A stretch of 64,000 bases of DNA from the human T2T-CHM13v2.0 reference genome, Homo sapiens, in NCBI RefSeq assembly GCF_009914755.1, contig NC_060934.1; one strand, 5' to 3'. Positions 52,346-64,000 of the stretch are shown here, piece by piece; within the stretch, counting starts at the first letter, position 1, and each line of letters opens with the position of its first letter. The notes under the pieces are model-generated. The model made no database searches. It was not told where the DNA came from and saw only the letters and a list, made by a program, of their open reading frames with translations. A program made the translations under genes and the position numbers.

Positions 52346-52390
52346 TATATTATATTATATTATATTATATTATATTATATTATATTATAT
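52346..52390. repeat. (TATAT)9 pentanucleotide microsatellite
   Basis: Perfect repeat. Confidence 0.98.
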
Positions 52391-52419
52391 TTGCATAGGA
52401 ATATCCACATTACACATTA

Positions 52420-52600
52420 TATTGCAGGGTTTTACAGTTTAAAAAGTGCTTTAAAATGTGCCTCCTTTAATTCTCACAACCCCAGGGGTTACGTATCACC
52501 TTCATCTTACAGAGAGGAAACCTTTGTTTCCAAGGAGTTGAGCGGCATGTGTAAAATTGCAGGGCCAGTGAAGGAGCTCAGCCTGAACTTGGGCCCAGGG
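52420..52600 (-). mobile_element. MIR
   Basis: TTTAATTCTCACAACCC...TTACAGAGAGGAAAC. Confidence 0.7.
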
Positions 52601-52746
52601 AGCAGTCAGGACTTGGAGAAGGTTCTCTCTCTCACCCTGCAACCCAAACAACGAGCAGGGGGGAGGCATCACATAGGGGAGGAGATGCAGGAAGAAAAGG
52701 AAAGCTCAGGCCACGAGGACACAACTTCCTCAAAACCCAGCCCTAA

Positions 52747-52912
52747 AGCCGGACGGGGTAGCTCACGCCTGTAATCCCAGCACTCTGGAAGGCAGAGGTG
52801 GAGAGATGGCTTGAGCCCAGGAGTTCAAGGCTGTAGCGGGCTATGATTGCACCACTGCACTCCAGCCTGGGTGACAGAATGAGACCCTCTTAAAAAAAAA
52901 AAAAAAAAAAAA
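52747..52912 (+). mobile_element. Alu monomer (FRAM-like or left/right-arm chimera)
   Basis: Single arm with poly-A; AAACCCAGCC repeated on both flanks. Confidence 0.9.
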
Positions 52913-54439
52913 GAAACCCAGCCTGCCTCCAGGATGCTCCCCAATCAGATTCCCAAACACTGGGATTTTCAGGTGCAGGCTGGAATTTGGACCATTGTAC
53001 CCTAATGGTTCCGACCCTCAATCTCACCTCACTGTTGGACTGAGAGAGCCATTCTGGAAGAAGTCATCACCAGGACCACAACCAGTTGCAGAATTTATGT
53101 ATCACAGTTTCTTGTTTTCCCTCTGATGAGCCCAGAGTAAGCTACCATTCCCAGGGAAGAATGAGGGGAGCAGTTGGGGAACAGGAGGAGGACATAAGCA
53201 GTGGCAACCTCAAAAGGCCATGTAAGATGCCATCCTGTGACCCGTCAGCCTCTCCTTCCTCTTCCCTGGGTGCCAAGGACTCAGCCGTCTGTCTCTGCCC
53301 ACAGACCTTCTGGTGTCAGCCCCTCTCTCCTGTATTCTTAATGGCTGAGGTCTCCCCTCTCCACTCCAACCCTTCCCAACAGGACTGTGACTTCCTAAAG
53401 GCAAAAGCAGGGCTTCGTTTTTCTTGGTCTTCCCTGTAGAGCTAGCTCCAAGCCAGGCATTCCAAAAATGCCTACTGAATTCGCTCCTGAAAAATCCCAA
53501 GTCAAAACCTCCCTTTCCTCTCTCCTGCTGTTTAATTGATAGTATGAACTCACAATTCAGTGCTTAAGAGCATTACCTTCTGGAGCCCCAGCACTGGCCC
53601 AGCTGTGAACAATGAGTGGTGTTTCAGTTTATTGCTACGTGAAGTCTTGGGTCCAAGTTTTGGGGGTCCCAGGGGTACATGGGGGTAGAGAGTGGAGACG
53701 TTAAAGAACTGCCCTTGAAAGCTGCCAAATGCCTTCACGTTTTACCATTTAGAGATGCTTTAATAGCAGCAAGAGACAGAGTACTGGGCAAGAAGTATAA
53801 CAGAGCATCTCAGTGCTATTGAAGTGGCTCCACCATGACAATGCAGGGAACTGTCATTTAAAATTTCCATCTGTTATAAACATGTCCAAAAGTCCCAGGC
53901 CAGAGCCCACACATTCCTGTACCCACCACAAGTACAACAAAAACAGATGCTTGGAAGCTCCACTTTGAACAAAGGCAGGCCCATTCCTAGTGGTGATTAA
54001 TTTCTTCTGCATCTCCTCTCACAGGGGGGAAAAATCAAACCACAATATTCATCAAGACATTGTCTAAAAGGGAAAAACAACAAATTCCATGCTAGAAAGC
54101 CTTAGCACAAGGAAGTCACAAAGAATCTAAACAACAGTTTAGGGGAGTGATGTAAATTTAGCCCCTAAAATGTTTTACACCTTAACCTCCTTTCTGTGAT
54201 TCAGATCTCCTCACGTTTTACGGCTAAATTGACTTACATGACATTCACTATCCACATTGGCAAACTGTTTTCCAACTGAATGGAGATCAGTAACACGTTC
54301 CTTCTTTTTCCTGGGCAATGTTAATTATGCTCTCCAAAGGAAAGCAGCAATGCTTTGATTTTAAGGTATTCCACTAAATTACTTTAAACCAACATAGTCA
54401 ATCTAAGATGAACGATATACTATCTCTCTACCGTGGCGA

Positions 54440-54800
54440 TGAAAAACTTCCTGTGACCCTTTCTAGGATGGGACAACTAGCTGTCTGGGTAAATATGGCT
54501 GCGGAGGAACGTGGAGCTGCAGATAATTAAAGTGCTTTAGAACACTCGCCAATTGATTTTCCTCTTGTAAAGGTAGCTCAATTGAAATGTTCAGCATAAA
54601 TCATGTGTTAGAATTATCTTCTGAACTAAGAGCTGAGAGCATATTGATTAACAATTATTTGCACTAACAGACTCAACTAAGGCAATATCATCAATTACCT
54701 CAAAAAATTGGCTCAGATCAATCACAATGGAATCGCCTGAGTTGGAAGATTCATTGTCTTTTGTTTGGTATTTAAAGAGATCAACAAAGAGGCAAGGAGG
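54440..54800. promoter_or_regulatory. Candidate developmental enhancer
   Basis: Non-repetitive segment with PBX-HOX motifs, SOX motifs and several TAAT/ATTA cores. Confidence 0.4.
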
Positions 54801-55480
54801 CTCTTGAACACAGTCCTAAGTAAGCACTGCTGGGTTGGTTAGAATCACTTGCAATTACTTCTGAATATTATATTGATCTAGACCTTTTTAACTCAGGAAT
54901 GTGTCTCCCACGCTTCCACTGAGTGGGAGGTCTTTAGGGTAAACAAACGTTTTTTACTTATGATCCAGGATAACATGCAGAGTCTAAGGAATGCACTTCT
55001 GATGACAAAACACAAAGACAACCTGGGCCAGAAAAGAATTGCCCAGGATACCCACCAGCCAACGGTACATGCACATACAAGCTTTACGTACACCGACACA
55101 TGTGCACACACACCCAAATTCATTCACAGAATAGAAATAATACTATTCTGAAATAATACCAGAAAATACTTCAACCTAGTTTCACACACTTGAATGTGAT
55201 TTGGAATGAAAACATCACTCCAAAGGGTTGAAGAATTTGGGGCTTACATAATCATCCTATATTCATATGGCAACTTAAAATCGCTTTTTTTTTTTCCAGC
55301 AATGATGTTCAGTTCCAATTTTCCAACTCCCCAGAAGATGCTCCACTGCTCCACTCTCTTGCCACCATGGTCATTCCAAGAAACAAATCTGACCACAGCA
55401 CTTCTCCCCCCACACCCTTCCCAACACAGCACGGACTCTGCAACCTGGTATGAGGGGCCTCTGCTTCACTCCAGTCAGTC

Positions 55481-57130
55481 CCATGGCTCCCAAAGTGTGG
55501 TCTATGGACTCCTAGGGGTCTACAAGATCCTTCCAGAGGTTTTACGAGGTCAAAAGTATTTGATAAAAATACTAAGACATTTCTTGGCTGGGAGCCATGG
55601 TTCATGCCTGTAATCTCAGTGCTTTGGGAGGCTGAGGTGGGAGGGTTGCCTGAGGCCAAGAGCTCAAGACAAGCCTGGGCAACATAGAAAGACCCTGTCT
55701 CTACAAAAATAAAAATAAAAATAATAAATAACCTGGGCATGGTCCCCAGCTACTTGTGAGGCTGAGGTGAGGGGAGGAGCCCTTGAGCCCAGGAGCTGGA
55801 GGATGCAGTGAGCCATAACAGTGCCACTGCACTGCAGCCTGGGTAACAGAGCAAGACTCTACATTACAAAAATAAAAATAAATTTTAAAAATGCTGCTAA
55901 GACATTTCTTTCCTTCTTTATGGGGTTAACACTTTGTTGGTGGTGCAAACGCCATAGGGGAGGGGGCAAAACAGCTGGCAACTTGGCACAGATCAAGGCA
56001 GCCAGTGTCACCAAACGATACTAGTGGTCACTGCATTTGCCCCTCTGAGCACTTGAAGGAAAATCAATGCCAGCATCACTTAGGCATGCCCTGGATGAGG
56101 CAGTAAGTATTAATTTGGTAAATCCTGATCCTGAGTAAGTATCTTTTAAATAGTCTGTTATGAGAAGGCAAGTACATGTTTCCATGACCTACTGAAGTAT
56201 GATGTTTGTCTCAAGGAAAAGCACCTGTGCAATTGAGTTGTGAGCTGAACTAGCCACCTGCTTCACAGAACACCACTTTTCCCAAAAAAGGACAACTGAC
56301 AAAAACCTGTTATTCAGACTTAGGCATTTAAAAAGCCATTTTCTTGAAAATGAGCAAAATGAGCCTGTCCCTTTGAGGAAAACCACTGACAGTATTTGTT
56401 GCCAATGATAAAATTTGAGCTTTCAAGTGAAAATCAGAACTTTGGAAAACTTGTGTCTACCATCATGACTTTGATGGTTGCATAATTAAGATTTCTGTTA
56501 TCTTTTTTTATTGTATGACAGAGTGTACCATCTGTTGGAGGATTTGCATAACTCAGTGGTCTCATATTTTCCAAGTGACCAATGCATGGTATAAGTAAAA
56601 CATTCATGGGCAAAAGGGCTATTGGAGGTGCAAGAGAGATGAGCGGTTTTAAGGTAGCTGTAAGAAAAGTTCCCTAAGGTTTTAGGTTTCACATTACAAT
56701 AACTAGTAAGAAACTACCACTTGTCAAGTTTTGATCCAGAAAAATATCTGCAATTAGATTGTATTGTCTTCACAGACATTAAACAACACAATGAATCAGA
56801 CTGACTAAAGGAGCAAATAGGAGGATCTTGTTGTCTTCCCTTCATAAGCCAGACACAAAGAAATTTCTAAAAATCTAAGACAATGCCACTGGTCTTACAA
56901 TTTTTTATTCTGCACAGTTATTTATATAAAATGTATTTTATAATAATACTTAATAAGTTCATTATTGTTCATTTTGAAGGAATAAATGATTTTTAAATTT
57001 CCCAGTTTACATTTCAGTGGGAAATATCAACAGATATTTACCCAAATAATAAACTAAATGCCCTTTGAGGTTCTCAACAGTTTTTAAGAGTGTAAAGGGA
57101 TCCTGGGGCCACAAAGTTTGAGAAACACTG
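55481..57130. mobile_element. Charlie1a-like hAT DNA transposon with decayed transposase sequence, interrupted by an Alu
   Basis: CCCAAAGTGTGGTC...GAGGTCAAAAGTATTT start, AAGTTTGAGAAACACTG end, internal TTGAAAATGAGCAAAATGAGCCTGTC and GCCAATGATAAAATTTGAGCTTTCAAG. Confidence 0.85.
55586..55896 (+). mobile_element. AluJ-type element inside Charlie1
   Basis: TSD CTAAGACATTTCTT at 55572-55585 and 55897-55910. Confidence 0.95.
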
Positions 57131-57199
57131 CCGTAGTCTTATCTCTGGGCACCTTCTCACCCAACACAATTTCTGCCCTTGGGAGCCCATGGCCTAAAT

Positions 57200-57930
57200 G
57201 GGAGATACACCAGGAAACAACTCTTCAGTGTACTGCATGATAAATGCTGTAACCAGAGGCCCGGAATGCAACAAAAGAGAGCGTGACAAATTCAGCCTGG
57301 GAGGGTGAGAAAAGAAAAAACTCTCTGAGGAGTAGGAAAGTGAGTAGGAGTTTTCCAGGCCAACTTGGAGGATGCCGGTGGGGAGGAGCAGAGAAAACAG
57401 CATATGCAAAGGCACAAAAATATAAATGGCAGCATGGCATCTCGCGGGTCCTGTAGTTCAACTAGGCTGGTGTGTGGAATGCGGGGAGGAGAGGAGACAT
57501 ATGAGTGCAATGTTAGATAGAGCCCAGACCCCTTAAGACAGGAAAAAACTTAACAAGGGAGCATCAGAAAGGCTTTAATCAGGAAATGTTATGTGAGATT
57601 TGTGTTTTAAGAAAAAGCTGTTTCATCAACGGTGTGGAGAAAGGAGTGAGGAAGTGTGTGATGAGATGGGAGAGCAGCTAGGAGGCTACTGCATAAACTC
57701 AGGTAAGAAATAAAAATGGCCTAGTGATAGCATTGGCAATTTGCAAGGAGAAGAGGGCTGATAATGGCATCATTAACCAGGAGAGATTTAGAGCGGAGAA
57801 TAAGCCACTATAGAGGAAAGTTATAGAGCTGATTTTGGAATATGTCGACTATGGTGAATGTGGGGTATCCAGGAAGTGGGCAGCTAGATGTAGTCTGTGC
57901 TATAAGTAGAGGAATCACTAACCCAACCAG
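57200..57930 (-). mobile_element. L2 fragment, extended
   Basis: AACAGCATATGCAAAGGCACA, AGATTTGTGTTTTAAGAAA, GCTAGGAGGCTACTGCA, GTGGGCAGCTAGAT in the expected antisense L2 order. Confidence 0.75.
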
Positions 57931-58619
57931 TCACTGGCTGAGAGGCAGCCACTGAAAGTATCAACGAATCAAAGAGGGAGAGGAGCTCTAATTGACTGGA
58001 AGGCATCAGGCCCAAGTCCCATAGGAGAAAAATCTCCTGGCCCAAGGAGGAAACACCAACTGTGACCCTTCTGATTAAACCTAAGTAGACTTGCTGGATA
58101 TTTGGAAACAGATGTCACCAGCCAGAAGATGCTTTTCAATTCACAGTCCTGCATGGTTTGGTCTGTGCTTCAGCCTTGGGGGTGGGGGTAGGGGTGAAGA
58201 TGGGGTCTGGGAGCCTAGGGGGAGGGAGGATGAAAGAAGTCTGGCATTGATTCAGAAGGATTCCTGGCCCCGCTGAAGAGACAGAGCAGATCCAACTCCC
58301 CAGTGAAGAACAACAGTCTCAGCGTCATTTTCTAATTCCCCAGCTCAGACACAGACAGGAACTTCAGATTAGGGAACCTGAGTCTAAGAGAGAATTTGTA
58401 CACTGCACATGATCAAAACTTAATGAATGATTTCTCCTCTGTGAGGCCAGCAAATAGAGACTATAGGCTTACAGGCTAAAACACGGGCTCAGCTGAAATT
58501 GGAGGAATATGCCATCTGGTAGAAAGCAAGAACTCTCACTAAAAGAAGTGGAGGTCAGTGGAACACTTCAAAATCAGGCATTCTGAAAACTAGCAAAAAC
58601 CACTTTCCTGCTTGTTTTT

Positions 58620-58994
<375 letters not shown>

Positions 58995-61900
58995 TAGAAG
59001 ACAGTTTCTGTCTTCTCCACACAGATCTTATATTTCTTCAGTACTTTGCTTGTTGCTTAATGCTTCGTAAAAAAAATTTTCATCTACTTAAACAATAGGC
59101 TTCTAAACTGAGACCAAATTCCTCTCCTCCTCTTCTGTCCCTGGCACAGCTGGAGGTTGGACTGGACTCACATGGCCCCAAAGAGTAAAGGTGACCTCCT
59201 GGACGTCAGAGTGTGGAGGGGCTGTTGATGGCACAGGCCGGCATCCTTCCTGTCTTGCTCCTAGAATGTTCTTAAGATCCAGGGATAACTAGATGCCTGT
59301 GATCTGTGTTATCTCCAGGCTTTCTAAGAACCCATGAAATCCAAGTACCACGTGCCATTTCTATGAATGGGATAGAAATAGTGATCCACACATCCACCCA
59401 CTCTCACTCTCAAATTATCATGCCCGCCTCTCTAAGTCTGTTTTTGAGGTAAAGGCATTAAAACTAGAACGTATTTTTATGACATTCCAATTCTTAGCTT
59501 AAACCCAATTTTAAAGTTTAACTGAACCAGGGCAAGCTCCTAAAACTGATTTTTGGAGCTTTGAAGGAAATGGAAGTACTGCTAAGGACAAGCTTCTCAG
59601 AATTATACAAAACACCTTTTGAATTAAACAAGTAAATTCTTTCCACTGAAGTATCTAATTTGAATTTAAACATTTCTTTACATGCTACCTTAATTAGATG
59701 CACGTTTCTCTCAGTATCTTAATTTTATGCATTTTACACTTCTAAGCAGCTTGCTAGTGAGGATTGCTTATTTGCATTCATTTACATACAATTTGCAAGA
59801 AATGTTGAAAAACCTAGAAAGGGAGAGATTGTAAATTCATGGATTTTTCCCTAAATAAAAATGTCAGTTCTATGAAGAAACAAACAGTGCATTTTTTCCC
59901 CTTGCTTACCTATAGTACTTTCAAAACTACTTTTACTATTTGTATACACAAAGAGATCCATTTAATGAATATTGGAATAGGAAGATTTTCCCCTGCAAGT
60001 TAATAACAATGATGAAAAAGGCTCCAAACTTCTAACGGCCTTCTTACCAAGAAGATGAAACATCCTCAAGCAGATGATGCCTCCCGACAAATATTATTTG
60101 CAAAGTGCATCTTCTCATACAATAAGGACATATTTGATCAATTCTGCTCTAAAGATTCATTCAATTTAAAACCTATTTCTTTTAGCAATGGGTAGTTTAT
60201 TCTGTATGACTTTCGCTTCAGTTAATTGGATTTTCTGCACTTCCCTCTCTTCTCTTCAGCTCGAATTTATATTCACAATAATTCCTGCCCATCTTTACAA
60301 GAGCTCTAAGTGAAGCTGGAGGACCAGCGTGGGCCACCCTTTATGAGAGAAAATTCAGTTGGCTATTTTTCAGAGATGGAGGCTGTTGATACTTTCCTGG
60401 TTTTCAATGCCCTGAATTTTCTACTAACATCACAAACTACGGGGTGCTCCTCCTCCTGTGACCCTGGGCATGGGCTTGGACAGGGCTCTGGAAATAGATT
60501 TCCTATAGCAGCTCCTTCTGCAAGGACTGCAGAAGAAGCAAAATGGTAGAAAAGCCTCCAACATTAAAATTTTATCTCTCCGATTTCACTGGAACATGGC
60601 AGGGAGCTCCCCCACCCAAGCTTCATAAATAACCACTGCACTTCCAGAAGGCTCTCCCTCTACATATTGAGAGTAATTTTAGGTTACTGCTCTGAGCTTC
60701 ACAGAAGAAAGCTGCTTCTCCAAAATAAGACATACTAAGCAAAATTTGAGTTGTGACATTCTTCTAGTTGTAAAATAATGTTATCTGGCAGATGGAGTTT
60801 ATCCTTGAGAAACAGTTGAAAAGGCAGACGTGGAAGTTGCCCACCCAGAGCAGTAACAGGAGGCACACCCACCACTGTTTCAGAAAGCTCCTGACACAGC
60901 ACACAGCAGGTTCAGGAGCTGCCTGTGTGGCCCGAGCCGCTCTTGTACGTCCCTGTGCCTCACTCCTCCTGATGTAAAACCAAGATCGCACAGAGAAAGC
61001 AAAAAACAGATGCTGCACTTGAGATGATCTCTCTAAAGTAAACAAATTAGGGAATTTATGCATCAACTGTGGTTTCTGGAAATCAGTTGGAACTGTTTCG
61101 TAAAATAACTCAAGACATCACTATGAATACCCTGGAATATGCCAAAGCTTTTTTTTTTTTTTTTTCTTAAATTAACACTTTTTTTTCCCCTCCATGTTCA
61201 AGGCAGTGTTAGGTGGATAATGGGGAGATGGACTGAAGATGAAATGTGTAAGTTATTATTCATAGTCCCTGAAGGGGATCAATCTCCATGCTTAAAAATA
61301 CTTAAGAGTTTCTTAGATAGTTATAGTTAAATACTTAACAGTTTATAGTTTATTAAGAATACTTACTAGTTTACTGTCATTGAATACTTAAACTATATAG
61401 CTGAGGTGATTACATGTATTAGCAAAAGTAAAATTTGATGAACTTTATCTAAGATAAAATTTCAACTTCTGTTTACTTATAAAACAGATGTGCCACATTG
61501 GGCCTGGCAGAATAAGCCTGTCCTGATTTTGTACCTTCCTATCTCAAGATATACCAACGTAATTTCTCTATGTAAAATTAATAGGAGAATCCAAATTGCT
61601 TTACTTCACAAATAAATATGCCAAACAATGTCTCTTAAGGAAAACTGCAATCAATAATTAACGGAGTAGCTGCAAAATAAGTTGCAAAAAGTTGAACACA
61701 ATTAATCCAATGTTTATGCTTTCTTTAATAAATATTCATCTTTTCTAATCCTAACTTCAAGACAAACTTAATTATTTTTGTATGCCCACTTTCAGACTTG
61801 TAATAGGATCCTCAGGGCTGACAGGGGATTTTCTTCACCACACTGAGCAAAGTGTCTACTCTTTTCTTTGTTGTTCAAGTAGTGCCTGGCACTTAGAACT

Positions 61901-62309
61901 GGCATTCTGTGCATATAATGAATACAATGCACATGCACAGAATGCCTGCTACAAATACACACACACACACACGTACTAAAACGAGTAGTAACTGACAACA
62001 CACAGTAACATGCTAGGTGCTTATCAGAGAAAAATCCTTTAAACAGACATAATCAAAAGAAACACATCAAAGGCAAACACTTCTGGAGTGCTTATGTATT
62101 GGACAGGAAACACATTCTCCATCCTCAAGAAATCAGCTCCAGTTTAAGAGACAAGATGTTTACATAACTAAGAATATAAGGCATCACATGTTCCGAGAAG
62201 AATGAGAAGGGACAGAAGGTGACATAGAGGCAACACTGAAAACATGTATTTAGAGTCATGTGGATGGGCACAAACATCCCAATCCAAATTTTAGGAAGAG
62301 GTATGTGAT

Positions 62310-62560
62310 GACATCAAATAGCACAGGACAGAGTGTATCACTGCAAACCTGAAAATCTTGCCACTCGCTAGCTATGAAAATGAGGCCAAGCTCCTTAACC
62401 ATTACCTCAAACCTTAGTTTCCTGGTACGGTACACGTGGATAACAGTGGTAACTCACAGAGTTGCTGTGAAAGTGAAATGCTGTGAAAACTAAACCCACG
62501 TAAAGGGCTTATGCAGTGCCTGGGGCACAGAATATGCATTCAAGAAATATTAGCTATAAT
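62310..62560 (+). mobile_element. MIR
   Basis: TTGCCACTCGCTAGCTATG...CCTTAGTTTCC...CTCACAGAGTTGCTGTGA...GTGCCTGGGGCACAGAA. Confidence 0.8.
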
Positions 62561-63002
62561 AGAATTGGTTTACTTTAAACTTACTTCACCCTTTCTTAGC
62601 CCAATTATTCATACTTCTGCCACTTAATTTGCTCTCATCATGACTCTTCCTATCCCTTTAATCAATTCTGTTGCTGGCCTGTGAGCTCCTTTGTCTATAG
62701 CTTTCTAGAAATAAGTGACCCAGACAGAGTTCTGTATTCCTGTGCTCTGCAGGGTTACGTGGCGTACAATGACCACATCTCCACTTTGTGACATAATACA
62801 TAATACCTTTGAATAGAGTGCTTTAAGCTCCGCTTGTTAATACCCCATCAACTCCAGTTAAAGAGCACTCTCATTTGAGAGTCACTTAAAAAAATCACCT
62901 TTATTCTTAATATCTTGGAATCTCCTTATATTGCACTGGTTCTTATGTTGATGACAATTTTTGATACCAGACAGGATGGTCCTAGCTCCCATCTTAAATT
63001 GA

Positions 63003-63370
<368 letters not shown>

Positions 63371-64000
63371 GCCCTTTTCTGTTCTGATTGCTAATGTAGG
63401 TAAGAAGGAGACCAGCCCTAAGGCCTGTGTCTGGGTGACAGCCCACGAGGTGCCTCCCATGCTAATTCTTTTGATACTGGCGTTACTATGAACCGCAAGC
63501 TTTGTCTGTCCATCCACCTCACGAAATGGCTGGTGGTATCTGGAGGCCAGGGAGGCATTATGCTTTGCCATCCTGTGCCTTCCCATCTGCACCCACTACA
63601 CGAGCAATGTTCAGCTCAAAACCAAGTTAAATTAATATGAAGAATGCAGGGTCTTCAAAAACTGTGTTCTCCTCCCGATTTAAAGTGTGTGTATGTACAC
63701 ACACTTAGCTCATAATCTTAAACGATCTATCACAGTGACCAAATACCAGCTATTTTTAGGAAAAATGCTTGCTTGCTTCTCAAGATTGAGTTGGCTTCTG
63801 AGTATTCACAGATGCTCTTCATGTGTTAACTACTCAATCTGAGGGAACTGATTGGACCAGGCCTGGAATGAAACCTTCCCCCGACTGGTTTTTGTCCACG
63901 AACTCCTAGTTCAGAATGAACACTTAGGACTACACGTTCTCCTCTCAGAAGAAACACAGGCCACCCGCCCATTCCCACCAAACAAACCTCCTCAGCAATC

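Noticed and set aside
55206-56692. ORFs over Charlie1 as a possible domesticated transposase
   Set aside because: Element is internally deleted, Alu-interrupted and has no long open frame.
62469-62478. ISRE-like GAAAGTGAAA in a MIR
   Set aside because: Single motif within a small local duplication, with no supporting context.

Overview
Primate (human-like) non-coding genomic DNA, AT-rich and with no CpG island; most likely a long intron or intergenic regulatory region. I cannot name the locus from the sequence. No protein-coding gene, tRNA, rRNA, snRNA, NUMT or CRISPR array is supported; the listed ORFs are short chance ORFs or read through Alu and simple repeats. The window holds about 15 Alu elements or monomers, three ERV1-class solo LTRs (MER41-related, MER61-like, MER50-like), two nested MLT1 LTRs, L1/L2/MIR/CR1 relics, DNA transposons (Tigger3a, Charlie1, MER3, MER5, MER58) and microsatellites. 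Repeat subfamily names come from recalled consensus sequences, not from a search. The most interesting observations are: two adjacent solo LTRs carrying a GAS motif and a near-consensus p53 element; several nested insertions with intact target-site duplications (TSDs); two unexplained local duplications (30 bp exact, about 200 bp diverged); small template-switch palindromes; motif-dense unique segments that look like enhancers; and scattered splice signals compatible with a non-coding transcript. I found no convincing previously undescribed biological system; the findings are testable leads.
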